Shown piece by piece: positions 49,209-60,208 of a stretch of DNA of 64,000 nt. The position numbers and the translations under genes were made by a program. The notes beneath the pieces are model-generated. The model made no database searches, was not told the DNA's origin, and saw nothing but the letters and a program-made list of their open reading frames with translations. Location of the stretch: positions 81,452 to 145,451 of the forward strand of contig CAVSCJ010000005.1 of the NCBI GenBank assembly GCA_963726435.1, in the 5' to 3' direction. Within the stretch, counting starts at the first letter, position 1, and each line of letters starts with the position of its first letter. Source of the stretch: an uncultured Coriobacteriia bacterium. Its GTDB lineage: Bacteria; Actinomycetota; Coriobacteriia; Anaerosomatales; PALSA-660.

Positions 49209-50638
49209 AGCTCGGCCTTGAAGTCGTTGTGTCCCACGAGTATCCGGAGCGCGCCTCTCAGCGCGGGGTTGTCCCGCAAGTGCTCGGCGTACTCGGCGTC
49301 CGCCGGTCGCTTCACGGCGTCGGCGAAGGTCGGATAGGCGTGCAACACCGATGAGAGCGAGGAGAGCGGCATGTCGTTGTGGAGCAGGATCGCGGCCTCG
49401 TTGATCAGCTCGCCCGCGCGCGGCCCCAGGATGTGAGCTCCGAGGAGGTGCCCGCGATCGTCGAGGACGTACTTCGCGACGCCATCCGTCGCGGCCTCGG
49501 TGCGGGCGCGGTCCTGAGTCGAGAAGTCGTACCGGCGAACCCGGACCGAGTCACCGTACGCCTCGTGCGCCTGCGCCTCCGTCATGCCGAGATGCGCCAG
49601 CTCGGGCTCCGTGAACAGCACCCACGCGATGTCCCTCCAGGCGACCTTGGGTCCGACCGGCAACAGGGCGTTGGTGGCGGCGGCGATCCCCTCGCGCTCG
49701 GCCGTGTGCGTGAAGCGATAGGGGCCGGTGACGTCACCCGCGGCGAAGATGTGGCGCGCTGTCGTCCGCATGTGAGCGTCGGTGACTATGCCGCGTTCTC
49801 CGACCTCCACGCCGGCGGCCTCCAGCCCTTCAGGGACGACCGGCATGCGGCCGGCCGCCACGAGCAACCTTTCTGCCTCGAACTCCCTGCCGCCTCCGAC
49901 CAGAACGACGCCGCCGTCACGCGGTTCGACGCGCTCGAGAGGAACGCCCGTCACGATCTCGACTCCCTGCGACGCAAGCACCGCCCTGAGCCGTTCGACA
50001 AGCTCCGGCTCCTCCGCGCGCAAGAGCTCGGAGCGCACCAGCATGGTGACCCGGGTCCCCAGTCTCGTGAACGCGGAGGCCATCTCGACCGCCACCGGCC
50101 CGCCGCCGAGGATGGCCAGCGACCGCGGCAGCACATCGATGTCCCACAGGGTGTCAGAGGTGAGCGCCGCGGTCTCGTCCAGCCCCGGGACCCGAGGGAG
50201 GAGCGGCCGGGAGCCGGTGGCGATAACAAAGCGGCGTCCCACCAACGTACGACCGCCGACCTCGACCACGCTCGGCTCCACGAAACGGGCCTCGCCCGCA
50301 AAGACCTCGAGGCCGTAGCCCGCGAGGACTTCCGCTGAGTCGTGCTGGCCGATCTGCTCCCTCACCGAGCGCACGTGAGCCATCACGCCCGACGTGTCGA
50401 TCCTGAAGGGCCCGTCCGGCGCAAGGCCGAACCGTTCCAGCTGATCCGGGACCGAGGCGGCACGGGCCGCCGCGAGCAGGGTCTTGCTGGGCACGCAGCC
50501 GCGCCACGTGCACTCCCCGCCGAGCTGTCCGCGCTCGACTATGGCGACGCTCGCGCCGAGACCTAGACCCACGAGCGCCGCTGTCCGACCGGCAGAGCCC
50601 GAGCCGAGCACCACTAGATCGAATCGCGCCTCTTCCAC
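49205..50638 (-). CDS. Pyridine nucleotide-disulfide oxidoreductase (dihydrolipoamide dehydrogenase / mercuric-reductase-like class I).
   Basis: DLVVLGSGSAG, redox-active GGECTWRGCVPSK, ILGGGPVAVE, AAGDV, C-terminal HAYPTF. Confidence 0.88.
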   Translation of the reverse strand: MEEARFDLVVLGSGSAGRTAALVGLGLGASVAIVERGQLGGECTWRGCVPSKTLLAAARAASVPDQLERFGLAPDGPFRIDTSGVMAHVRSVREQIGQHDSAEVLAGYGLEVFAGEARFVEPSVVEVGGRTLVGRRFVIATGSRPLLPRVPGLDETAALTSDTLWDIDVLPRSLAILGGGPVAVEMASAFTRLGTRVTMLVRSELLRAEEPELVERLRAVLASQGVEIVTGVPLERVEPRDGGVVLVGGGREFEAERLLVAAGRMPVVPEGLEAAGVEVGERGIVTDAHMRTTARHIFAAGDVTGPYRFTHTAEREGIAAATNALLPVGPKVAWRDIAWVLFTEPELAHLGMTEAQAHEAYGDSVRVRRYDFSTQDRARTEAATDGVAKYVLDDRGHLLGAHILGPRAGELINEAAILLHNDMPLSSLSSVLHAYPTFADAVKRPADAEYAEHLRDNPALRGALRILVGHNDFKAEL

Positions 50639-50834
50639 GCTGCAGCCTCCTCCTCACCTGCACGGTGTGTACCCGAAGACCGGGGGGGTCGTGGCGATGA
50701 CAGTCGCTCGCGATGGGCATGCGACAGGGCGAGCGCCCGGTGACAGGACCCAAGCGGTACCCTTGCGTCATGCACGTGAGTGCGCCCGCGCGGGTTCGGG
50801 CGGACGGATAGACGGGCAGACGGGAGCGCAGACC

Positions 50835-51309
50835 ATGCAGATCGAGTACCTCGCGGATCATCCGCTGCTCGTCCCCGAGCTCGCGCGCCTGCACTTCGAG
50901 CAGTGGGGGTACCTCCGGCCCGACGAGACCCTTGAGGACCGGACTCGACGGCTCGAGGCGAGTTGCGGGCGGGGCGGCGTGCCGAGCGTCGTCGTGGCGC
51001 TCGAGGACGGCGTCGCTCCGCGGCTCCGCGATGCTCGTCGCGAGCGACATGGCCGAGACGCGGCCGGGACTCACCCCGTGGCTCGCCGGCCTGTACGTCG
51101 TCGAGGCGTACCGCGGGCACGGATACGGCTCTGCGCTGGTCGGACGGATCGAGTCAGACGCGTCGGCGCTCGGAGTCGAACGGCTGTACCTGTACACGCC
51201 GGACGCAGAGGACTTCTACGCCGCGCTCGGGTGGACGGTCTATGAGAGATGCGAGCACCTCGGCCAACAGGTCGCGGTGATGTCGAAGGCGCTCGGGCAG
51301 ACCGCCTAG
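50835..51309 (+). pseudogene. GNAT family N-acetyltransferase with one frame break at about 51010.
   Basis: MQIEYLADHPLLVPELARLHFEQWGY...VVVALEDG is in ORF 50484..51245(+). LRGSAMLVASDM...LYVVEAYRGHGYGSALV...LYLYTPDAEDFYAALGW is in ORF 50932..51309(+). Confidence 0.75.
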
Positions 51310-52315
51310 CGCGGCATGGCCTCCAGCACTCGCCGGCCCTCTTCGAACAGATAGCAGGACACGAAGTGTCCGGGAGAGACCTCGACGAGCTCCGGCATCG
51401 TCGTCTCACACGCGCAGCCGACGCACCCGCTCCTCGCATAGCAGCGGCCGGCAAAACGGCAGCCCGGCAGCGGATCGATGGGGCTCGTGACGTCACCTTC
51501 GAGCAGGATCCGCTTCGTGCGTTGCGCCGGGTTGGTCACGGGGATCGCTGACAGCAGCGCCTTCGTGTAGGGATGCAGCGGGTTGTTGTACAGCTCCCGC
51601 TTCTGCGCCACCTCGACCAGCCGGCCGAGGTACATCACGCCCACCCGGTCGCTGATGTGCTTTACCACGTTCAGCCCGTGCGCGATGAACAGGTACGTCA
51701 GGCCGAACTCCTCGCGCAGGTCGGACAGCAGGTTGAGCACCTGCGCTTGGATCGAGACGTCGAGTGCCGAGACCGGCTCGTCGCACACGATCAGCCGCGG
51801 CTCCATCGCGAGCGCGCGTGCGATGCCGACCCTCTGGCGCTGCCCGCCGGAGAACTCGTGCGGGAAGCGGTTGCGGTAGTTGGCCGACAGCCCCACGGCG
51901 TTGAAGAGGTAGCCGACGCGGTCGGCGATCTGCTCGCGAGGCAGCAGGTTGTTGATGCGGATCGGCTCCGAGACGATGTCGCCCACGGTCATGCGCGGGT
52001 TCAGCGACGAGTACGGGTCCTGGAAGATCAGCTGGATGCCGCAGCACAGCTTGCGGCGCTCGCGCGCCGAGAGGCTCGCTACGTTGCGCCCCTCGTACCA
52101 GATCTCGCCGGCGGTGGGCGTATAGAGGTTCACGAGCATCTTGCCGACGGTCGTCTTGCCGCAACCCGACTCTCCCACCAGCCCGAACGCCTCGCCGGCG
52201 CAGATGTCGAGCGAGAGGTCGTCGACCGCCTTGAGCACGGATGTGGTCCGCCCCAGCAGGTCGGTGTCGACCGGGAAGAACTTCGAGAGGTGCTTGAGCT
52301 GTACCAGCGGCCCGG

Positions 52316-52319
<4 letters not shown>
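51306..52319 (-). CDS. Opp/Dpp-family peptide ABC transporter ATP-binding protein (F-type).
   Basis: [37 protein letters not shown]-terminal oligopeptide domain [18 protein letters not shown] 52319 overlaps the upstream stop as GTGA. Confidence 0.9.
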
Positions 52320-53314
<995 letters not shown>

Positions 53315-53323
53315 CTGTCCGTC

Positions 53324-54310
53324 CTACTTGACCCGGGCCTTGGGATCGAAGGCGTCGCGCAGACCATCGCCCAGGAGGTTGAACGCCAGCACCGTTGCGG
53401 TGATCGCCATACCCGGGAACAGCAGAGCGTACGGCGCCTGGAAGATGAGGCCGCGCGCTCGCCCGAGCATGTCGCCCCACTCCGCCTGTGGCGGCTGCAC
53501 CCCCATGCCCAGGAAGCCGAGGGCGGCGGTGTCGAGTACCGCGCTCGAGATGCCGAGCGTCCCGCGGACGATGATCACGGACAGCGCGTTCGGCAGGACG
53601 TGCCGGAAGATGATCCGAAGCGGGCTGTTGCCCACGACGCGCGCGGCCGCTACGTAGTCGTTCTCCTTGATCGACAGGAAGCTGCCTCTGACGATGCGGG
53701 CGTACTCGGGGATCGAGACGAGCCCGATGGCGATCACCGCCTTGTCGATGCCCTTGCCGAGGGCTGCCATCAGCGTGATGGCCAGAAGGATCGACGGGAC
53801 GGCGAGCATCATGTCCATCACGCGCATGATCACGGTGTCGACCCAGCCGCCGGCGTATCCGGCGATCGCGCCGAGGATGACGCCGACCGTGAGCGCGATG
53901 GAGACCGCCAGCAGTCCGACCGTGAGCGATACGCGTGTGCCGGCGATGACCCGGCTGAAGATGTCCATGCCGAGCTGGTCGGTGCCGAACCAGTGCTGTG
54001 CGCTCGGGAACTTGAGCGTGTTGGCCATGTTCGTCTCGATCGGGTTGTACGGCGTCAGGTACGACCCGAAGACCGCCACGAGCACCAGGAAGCCGATGAA
54101 GAAGAGGCTCACCATCGCAGCCCTGTTCGCTATCAGGGCGTTCCACATCTCGAGCCACTGGTTCTCGGGCTTCTCGTGGAACGTCTCGTCTTCCTCGGGG
54201 AACTGCCCCCTGGGCAGCGCCTCGCCGAGTGCCATCGCCTCGTCGGCGATGAGGCTCTCCGAGGGCTGATCGGGCGCCGTACCTGGCGCGGGGGCTGTCG
54301 GCCAGTCCAT
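53324..54310 (-). CDS. Opp/Dpp-family peptide ABC transporter permease (C-type).
   Basis: 328 aa from ATG 54310: WFGTDQLGMDIFSRV, EYARIVRGSFLSIKENDYVAAARVVG, six hydrophobic helices. Confidence 0.9.
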   Translation of the reverse strand: MDWPTAPAPGTAPDQPSESLIADEAMALGEALPRGQFPEEDETFHEKPENQWLEMWNALIANRAAMVSLFFIGFLVLVAVFGSYLTPYNPIETNMANTLKFPSAQHWFGTDQLGMDIFSRVIAGTRVSLTVGLLAVSIALTVGVILGAIAGYAGGWVDTVIMRVMDMMLAVPSILLAITLMAALGKGIDKAVIAIGLVSIPEYARIVRGSFLSIKENDYVAAARVVGNSPLRIIFRHVLPNALSVIIVRGTLGISSAVLDTAALGFLGMGVQPPQAEWGDMLGRARGLIFQAPYALLFPGMAITATVLAFNLLGDGLRDAFDPKARVK

Positions 54311-54315
54311 GCGCG

Positions 54316-55335
54316 CTAGCCCTCCCGCTTCGACGCGTACTTGATGCGCGGATCGAGGTAGGCGTAGATGAGGTCGGCCACCAGGTTGACGATGACGAAG
54401 ATCACGGCGACGAGCAGCACGATCCCCTGCACGATCGGGAAATCGGACTTCAGGATGGAGTCCACGGTGAACTTGCCTATGCCCGGCCACGAGAACACGC
54501 TCTCGGTGAGCAGCGCGCCCCCGAGAAGCGCTCCGAACTGCAAGCCGATGACGGTCGTCACGGGGATCAACGAGTTGCGCAGCGCGTGCTTGCCGACGAC
54601 CCTCGCCTCCGAGATGCCCTTGGCTCGGGCCGTCCTGATGTAGTCCTGGCCGAGAGTGTCGAGCATCGTCGAACGAGTCATGCGGGTGATGATCGCCATC
54701 GAGTACATCCCGAGCGTGAGCGCCGGCAGGATGATGTGGATGGCGGCGTCCTTGAGACCCTCCCAGTTGCCCTGCAGGATCGCATCGATCGAGTAGAAGC
54801 CGGTCACGTGCACCGGCTGGAGCAGGACGTTGATCCGTCCACCCGAGGGCAGCAGGTGCAGGAAGCCGCTGAAGAACATGATGAACAGGATCCCCAACCA
54901 GAAGATGGGGATGGAGACCCCCACGAGAGCGAGCAACGTCCCCGCCGCATCGAACACGGAGTTCTTCTTCACCGCCGCGATCACCCCGAGAAGGATCCCG
55001 ACCAGGGAAGCGAAGATGATCGCCACGACAGCGAGCTCGATCGTTGCCGGGAAGCGCGCTCCGATCTCCTCGGCCACCGGGGACTTCGTGTAGTACGACG
55101 TCCCAAGGTCTCCCTGTAGCGCGCCCGCCACGTAGTGGAGGTACTGCGTGACGACCGGCTCCTCGAGGCCGTTGGCCTGCCTCCAAGCCTGCATCGTCTC
55201 CTCCGTCGCGTGCTGACCGAGCACGACGGGAGCAGGGTCAGGCGAGAACACCCTCATGAGCGAGAACACGATGATGGACACTCCGATCAGGACCGGAATG
55301 ACCATGAGCACTCTCTTCACCACGTACTTGAGCAT
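54316..55335 (-). CDS. Opp/Dpp-family peptide ABC transporter permease (B-type).
   Basis: MLKYVVKRVLMVIPVLIGVSIIVF, DYIRTARAKGISEARVVGKHALRNSL. Confidence 0.92.
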   Translation of the reverse strand: MLKYVVKRVLMVIPVLIGVSIIVFSLMRVFSPDPAPVVLGQHATEETMQAWRQANGLEEPVVTQYLHYVAGALQGDLGTSYYTKSPVAEEIGARFPATIELAVVAIIFASLVGILLGVIAAVKKNSVFDAAGTLLALVGVSIPIFWLGILFIMFFSGFLHLLPSGGRINVLLQPVHVTGFYSIDAILQGNWEGLKDAAIHIILPALTLGMYSMAIITRMTRSTMLDTLGQDYIRTARAKGISEARVVGKHALRNSLIPVTTVIGLQFGALLGGALLTESVFSWPGIGKFTVDSILKSDFPIVQGIVLLVAVIFVIVNLVADLIYAYLDPRIKYASKREG

Positions 55336-55428
55336 CGCGTGCGGCTCTCATGTGGGCCAGCGAAGGTGCAGCCGAAGACCACGACACGTGATCTTCGGCT
55401 GCATTCAGAAGTCCGCTGATATCTTGGG

Positions 55429-57003
55429 TTACTTCTTCACTGCCTTCGAAAGGAACACGTTGCCGGTCACATGGTAAAGGAAGCCGGACACGTTCGGCCG
55501 ATAGCCGGCCAGCGTCTTCGCGTGCGACAGAGGCAGCCAGACCGCGCGCTCCGCAACGAACTTCTCCATAGCGCCGTAGGCCGCGTTGCGCGCAGGGCCG
55601 TTCGGCATGGAGAGGGCCTTCTTGATGTCGGCCTTGTATGTCGGGTCCTGCCACCGCGCGATGTTCATGGTCGGATCCGGGTCGGCGAGCAGGTTGAGGA
55701 AGTTGTCGGGGTCGCCGTTGTCACCGATCCACCCGTAGAACGCGATGTCGTAGTCGCCGCCCTTGACCTTCTCCTTGTAGGTGGTCCAGTCGAAGGTGTC
55801 GATCGTGGCTGCGACGCCGACCTTCTGCAGGTAGCCCTGGATCGCGGTCGCAAGCGCCGCGCCGGTGGCGGCGTTGTAGGGACGAGGGTTGGTGTAGGCG
55901 ATCATGTGGATGCTCTTGATCCCGGCCTTCGCCAGGCCCGCCTTCGCAGCCACTGGGTCGTAGCCGACCTGCTTGACGGTCGCGTCGTAGCCCGGAACGA
56001 ACGTCGGCAGGATCGTCGTGGCCTTCTCGGAGTAGCCCTGATACAGGCTCGTCACGAGCTCGTCGACGTTGATGGCCTGCGAGACGGCGATGCGGGCAGG
56101 GGCATTCTTGAACATCTTCGTAGTGGTGTTGTAGGCCATGTAGTTGACGTTCATGCCGGCTTCCTCGAACAGCTTGCTGCCGCCCTGCGTGATCTGACCG
56201 ACGACCGTGGCGTCGATACCGTCGATCATGTCGACTTCACCGTTGCTCAGCGCCAGGACGCGGGCCGAGTTGTCCGAGATGAAGCGGAAGACGACGTTCT
56301 TGATGATGGCCTTGTCGCCCCAGTACTCGTCGTTGCGAACGAGCACGACGTTCTCGCCCTTGTTCCACTTCACGAACTTGTAGGGACCGGTTCCGACAGG
56401 AGCTTCCATGACGGAGTTCTTGCCGTCGGTGAGCGCCTTGGGGCTGACGATCGGAGCAGCCAGGCTCATGGCGAGGTTCGCGAGGAACGCGGTGTTCTTC
56501 GCCGTGAGGTTGATCTTCACCGTCGAGGGATCGACCACGACGACGTCCTTGACCGAGCCGTAGACGAACGGGCCGTAGGACATGTCCGCGGTCACCTTCG
56601 GCGGGATCTGGCGGTCGATGTTGAACTTGACTGCATCGGCGTTGAAGTCGGTGCCGTCGTGGAACTTGACGCCCTGACGGAGCTTGAACGTGTAGCTCAG
56701 GCCGTCGGGACTGATCGTCCACGTCTCCGCCAGGGAGGGCAGCACCGCAGTCGACTTGTCCTCGTACTTCAGCAGGCCCTCGTAGATGTTGACGATGATC
56801 TTCGAGGACTCGCCGTCGTCCACGAGCGCGGGATCCAGACCACGCGGATCCGCCCCTTGCGCATACGTGAACGTGTCGTTGGCGGCAGTCGTGCCGCCAC
56901 CGGTCGTACCGGTCGGGGTGCTCGGTGCGGCGCAACCAGCGAGTGCTGCGACGCCGAGCGCTACGACCAGTACGAGTGCGAACGTGCGTACGTGATACTT
57001 CAT
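55429..57003 (-). CDS. Opp/Dpp-family (SBP family 5) peptide-binding lipoprotein.
   Basis: ATG 57003 follows GGAGAAGGGG. Lipobox ALAGC. GLDPALVDDGESS, LVRNDEYWG, typical length of about 524 aa. Confidence 0.9.
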   Translation of the reverse strand: MKYHVRTFALVLVVALGVAALAGCAAPSTPTGTTGGGTTAANDTFTYAQGADPRGLDPALVDDGESSKIIVNIYEGLLKYEDKSTAVLPSLAETWTISPDGLSYTFKLRQGVKFHDGTDFNADAVKFNIDRQIPPKVTADMSYGPFVYGSVKDVVVVDPSTVKINLTAKNTAFLANLAMSLAAPIVSPKALTDGKNSVMEAPVGTGPYKFVKWNKGENVVLVRNDEYWGDKAIIKNVVFRFISDNSARVLALSNGEVDMIDGIDATVVGQITQGGSKLFEEAGMNVNYMAYNTTTKMFKNAPARIAVSQAINVDELVTSLYQGYSEKATTILPTFVPGYDATVKQVGYDPVAAKAGLAKAGIKSIHMIAYTNPRPYNAATGAALATAIQGYLQKVGVAATIDTFDWTTYKEKVKGGDYDIAFYGWIGDNGDPDNFLNLLADPDPTMNIARWQDPTYKADIKKALSMPNGPARNAAYGAMEKFVAERAVWLPLSHAKTLAGYRPNVSGFLYHVTGNVFLSKAVKK

Positions 57004-57080
57004 CTTCCACCCCTTCTCCGATGACCTGAACCGTGCCGCCGCGAGAAGCCGCGGCATCCCCTGACTAACCCGGCCCTTCG

Positions 57081-57093
57081 AGTGTATATCACC
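57081..57093 (-). promoter_or_regulatory. Candidate -10 region (minus strand GGTGATATACACT) upstream of the peptide ABC operon.
   Basis: AT-rich box about 80 nt upstream of the SBP start, downstream of the terminator-like hairpin. Confidence 0.3.
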
Positions 57094-57143
57094 TCCGTAC
57101 AGGTGCGTAGCGCCGGCGCAGGCGACGCGCGCAGAAGGAGGTG

Positions 57144-57167
57144 GGGCTCGACCAAACGGTCGAGCCC
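57144..57167 (-). terminator. Strong hairpin GGGCTCGACC-N4-GGTCGAGCCC after the secreted-protein gene.
   Basis: Perfect 10-bp stem with a 4-nt loop. A weak pyrimidine tract (CACCTCCTTCT) follows on the minus strand. Confidence 0.5.
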
Positions 57168-57263
57168 TTCAAGAGACCGCTTGAGCGGATCGAACCGCCG
57201 TCGGAGGGGCTCTCGACCCGCGACGGCTTGGGCGGCGTCACGCCCAGGACGCCGGGAACCGCC

Positions 57264-58013
57264 CTAGTCGATGACGTAGTGGACGGTGCTCAGAACCTGG
57301 CTCTCCACGATGTACGGGTCGTCGTCGGGGTCGACGAACGCCCAGGCGTTGTCGTAGAGCTGCGGGAGGATGTCGACGGTGTTCACCTTGAATGTGAACT
57401 CCACCGCTCCCGGGGCCTTGAGCCAGCGCTGGTAGAAGACGTTGTCCGCTTCGGTGTTCCCGAAGTCCAAGTCGGCGCCGAACCACGGGCGCCAGTCCCA
57501 AGCGGTGGTGTTCCAGCCGACCGTGTACGCCACCGTGATCCACGACTCGGTCCCATTCACCGGCGTCACCGTCATGCCGTTGCTGACTATCGTGAAGCCG
57601 ACGTCCTCCATGATCGTCGAGTAGGCCGTGCACGGCTTCATGGTCCCGCTTCCCGAATACACGAACTTGTACTTGCCGCGCTCCGGGATGCTGAACGAGA
57701 TGGTCGAGCCCTTCTTCGACATCAGGTAGCCGTAGACCTCTTCGTCAACGTCCCACCTGTAGACCTTCACGGTGCCTGACAGAGCGTGATAGTGACTCCC
57801 GCTGATCCTTCTTTGGAGCTTGACGGTGAGCGAGTACGGCCACGCCGTCGTACCCGCGTCCGGGTTGTGCACGGTGGCTGTCTTCGCCACCACGATCCGT
57901 GTCACAGACTTCGCGAGCGCCACGGCTGGCAGCGCCAGCGTGACCGCGGCGATCACCGCGACCGCGACGAGAGCGAGACGTGTCAACCGAGACGAACCTT
58001 CGTGCGCTTTCAT
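57264..58013 (-). CDS. Hypothetical secreted protein (beta-rich, Ig-like).
   Basis: ATG 58013 follows AGGGAGGGG. Signal peptide LALVAVAVIAAVTLALPAVALA. No catalytic motifs seen. Confidence 0.65.
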   Translation of the reverse strand: MKAHEGSSRLTRLALVAVAVIAAVTLALPAVALAKSVTRIVVAKTATVHNPDAGTTAWPYSLTVKLQRRISGSHYHALSGTVKVYRWDVDEEVYGYLMSKKGSTISFSIPERGKYKFVYSGSGTMKPCTAYSTIMEDVGFTIVSNGMTVTPVNGTESWITVAYTVGWNTTAWDWRPWFGADLDFGNTEADNVFYQRWLKAPGAVEFTFKVNTVDILPQLYDNAWAFVDPDDDPYIVESQVLSTVHYVID

Positions 58014-58164
58014 GACCCCTCCCTGTGACGAGCGATCGCTCGCTACCCTCCAGAGCGCGGCGGCGCCGCGCGCGGATCCCCCACGAATGCTTCCCCGAAA
58101 GGGCTCGCGATTCAACCGCCCAAAGGGATGATTCCGCAAGACTCGAAAGGTCCGGGGACGCTCG

Positions 58165-58899
58165 CTAGACGGGCAGGCGATCCTCGTCGAAGTGCAGGCC
58201 TTGCGCGAGCTGTCTCGCCTCCTCGTGGCGCGACTGCCTGTCCAGCAGGTTGACCAGTAGCGACAGAGCCCGGTTGTATGGGCCCTTGCCCTCGGCGTTC
58301 TCGTAGATGATCTTGGCCCGGCGCAGGACGCGTTCCGCCTCGTCTTCGCGGGACTGTTGCAGCAGCCCGGAAGCAAGGTCGATCATCGGCTCCACGAGTC
58401 GGCGATCGCTGCGCCCGAGAGCGCGCTCGTAGGCGACGACGCTCCGCCGCAGGGACGGCTCGCCCTCATCGATCCTGGACCGGCCGACCAGAAAGAGGCC
58501 CAAGCCGTTCAGTGCGTAGGCGAGCCCCGTGAGGTCCTGCGCGGCCTTGGTCTCGTAGAGCGACACGGCGCGGCGATAGGCGGACTCGGCCTCCTCCGGG
58601 TCGCTCAACACGCGAGCCAGGCGGGCAGTGGACAGCGCGACGTCGGGCCAGTCCGGATGTCGCTGGGACTCCTTGATCGCGATGCTGGCGCGCCAAACCG
58701 TCGCCGCACGGCGCCACTCGCCGTGCTTCACGAAGCGGTCGCCCGCAGCATCGAGCGCCTTGGCCGCCTCGACAGACTCCGGTCCGTGCTCGGCCTCGAC
58801 GGCGCGAACGGCCGGCAGCGACAGCCGCCGGACGGGAGGGAGGATCCTGTCCGCCAGGCGGGTCAGGCGCCTTCTTGCGGTCCGGGTCCACTTGGGCAC
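58165..58899 (-). CDS. Tetratricopeptide-repeat protein.
   Basis: 244 aa with repeated A-x-x-Y/L-x-x-A helices (AESAYRRAVSLYE, GLAYALNGLGLFL, RRSVVAYERAL, AERVLRRAKIIYE). Confidence 0.65.
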   Translation of the reverse strand: MPKWTRTARRRLTRLADRILPPVRRLSLPAVRAVEAEHGPESVEAAKALDAAGDRFVKHGEWRRAATVWRASIAIKESQRHPDWPDVALSTARLARVLSDPEEAESAYRRAVSLYETKAAQDLTGLAYALNGLGLFLVGRSRIDEGEPSLRRSVVAYERALGRSDRRLVEPMIDLASGLLQQSREDEAERVLRRAKIIYENAEGKGPYNRALSLLVNLLDRQSRHEEARQLAQGLHFDEDRLPV

Positions 58900-58962
58900 T
58901 GGCTTCGTGTCCTATCCAGTCCGAGGTTCGCCGACACTGACGCGCCGGACCGGACTCGGTCC

Positions 58963-60129
58963 CTACGGTATCAGTCCGTGCAACGGGAACAACAGACCCC
59001 GCGCTTCCCGGACCACAGCCTCGGTCTGCGCAAGCGCGCCCGCAGCCTCCTCGGCCGGGAGCTCGAAGAGATCGGTCGCGCCGAGGCTGCGGGGAGCGTC
59101 CTTTCGGAGCAGCGAGATGACACGCTCGCGCCAACTCTCGGGGATCTCGTCGGCAAGCCCGACACCGAGCAACCTGGCCATGACCCAGGTCCATGCGAGA
59201 GGGACCACGTTGAGGATCTGGTAGCCGCCGCCGCCGAGTGCGACGAGGCGACCCTCGCACATCTCGTCGGCGAGCCCGACGACGCGGTCTACGAGGTCCC
59301 TGTAGCCGGGCAGGGTCATCCCGAGGTCGGTCAGCGGGTCGGTGTGATGGGCGTCCGCACCGAACTGCCCCACGATGACGTCGGGTTTGAACGCCCGCGT
59401 CAGCGGAGTGACGACCCGGTCGAAGGCGAGCCGGTAGCACTCATCCGTTGCGAAACGCGGCATCGGCACGTTGACCGCATAGCCGCGCCCTTCGTCGTAG
59501 CCCATCTCGGAGGTGAAACCGGTCCCGGGGAACGCGTACAGACCGCTCTCGTGCAGCGAGATCGTCATGACCTTGGACGTGCCGTCGAACGCCTCCTGTA
59601 CGCCGTCGCCGTGGTGCGCGTCTATGTCGATGTAGAGCACCCGCAGCTCCGGCTTGGCGGCGCGCGCCACCGCGATCGCGACCGCGGCGTCGTTGTAGAC
59701 GCAGAAGCCGGCGGCGCGGCTGCGGTGGGCGTGGTGCAGGCCGCCTGCGATCGAGAAGGCACGCGTGCGCCGTCCGCACAGCACCTCCTCAAGCGCCACG
59801 ATCGAAGCGCCGCAGACCAGAGCCGAGATGCGGTGCATGCCCGGGAAGATCGGGTTGTCCTCCGTGCCGAGGCCCGAACCCGCGTGCAGCCCTGTCCCCC
59901 AATCGCTCGCCTCTACGACCGCCTCGATGTAGCCGCTCGAATGCACGAGCATCAGCTCCCGATCCGATGCCGGGCGAGGCTCGATGATCTCTCCCGGCGC
60001 GGGAATGCCGTACGCGGCCATGAGATCCACGGTCAGAGTGAGACGCAGAGGGTTGAGCGGGTGCCCGGGGCCCAGGTCGTACTCGGCGAGAGCGGGGTCC
60101 CATATGAGCGCTGCTCTGGCCAAGTGCAC
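58963..60129 (-). CDS. Histone-deacetylase-family protein deacetylase (AcuC-like).
   Basis: HPLNPLR, GGLHHA, GFCVYND, IDIDAHHGDGVQEAF, GADAHHTDPL, GGGGY. The start is GTG 60129 or TTG 60123. Confidence 0.87.
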   Translation of the reverse strand: MHLARAALIWDPALAEYDLGPGHPLNPLRLTLTVDLMAAYGIPAPGEIIEPRPASDRELMLVHSSGYIEAVVEASDWGTGLHAGSGLGTEDNPIFPGMHRISALVCGASIVALEEVLCGRRTRAFSIAGGLHHAHRSRAAGFCVYNDAAVAIAVARAAKPELRVLYIDIDAHHGDGVQEAFDGTSKVMTISLHESGLYAFPGTGFTSEMGYDEGRGYAVNVPMPRFATDECYRLAFDRVVTPLTRAFKPDVIVGQFGADAHHTDPLTDLGMTLPGYRDLVDRVVGLADEMCEGRLVALGGGGYQILNVVPLAWTWVMARLLGVGLADEIPESWRERVISLLRKDAPRSLGATDLFELPAEEAAGALAQTEAVVREARGLLFPLHGLIP

Positions 60130-60208
60130 GCACCCCCGGCTTCCGAAGACACGATCGCGAGGGGAAAGCCCGTCCGAAGGGGAATCCTCATCTTGGAGGT
60201 ATACCACT

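Noticed and set aside
57170-57215. GGTTCGATCC on the minus strand looked like a tRNA T-loop.
   Set aside because: The flanking bases do not form a 5-bp T-stem with a 7-nt loop. No acceptor, D or anticodon arms can be drawn. It is more likely one of several GC hairpins in the spacer.
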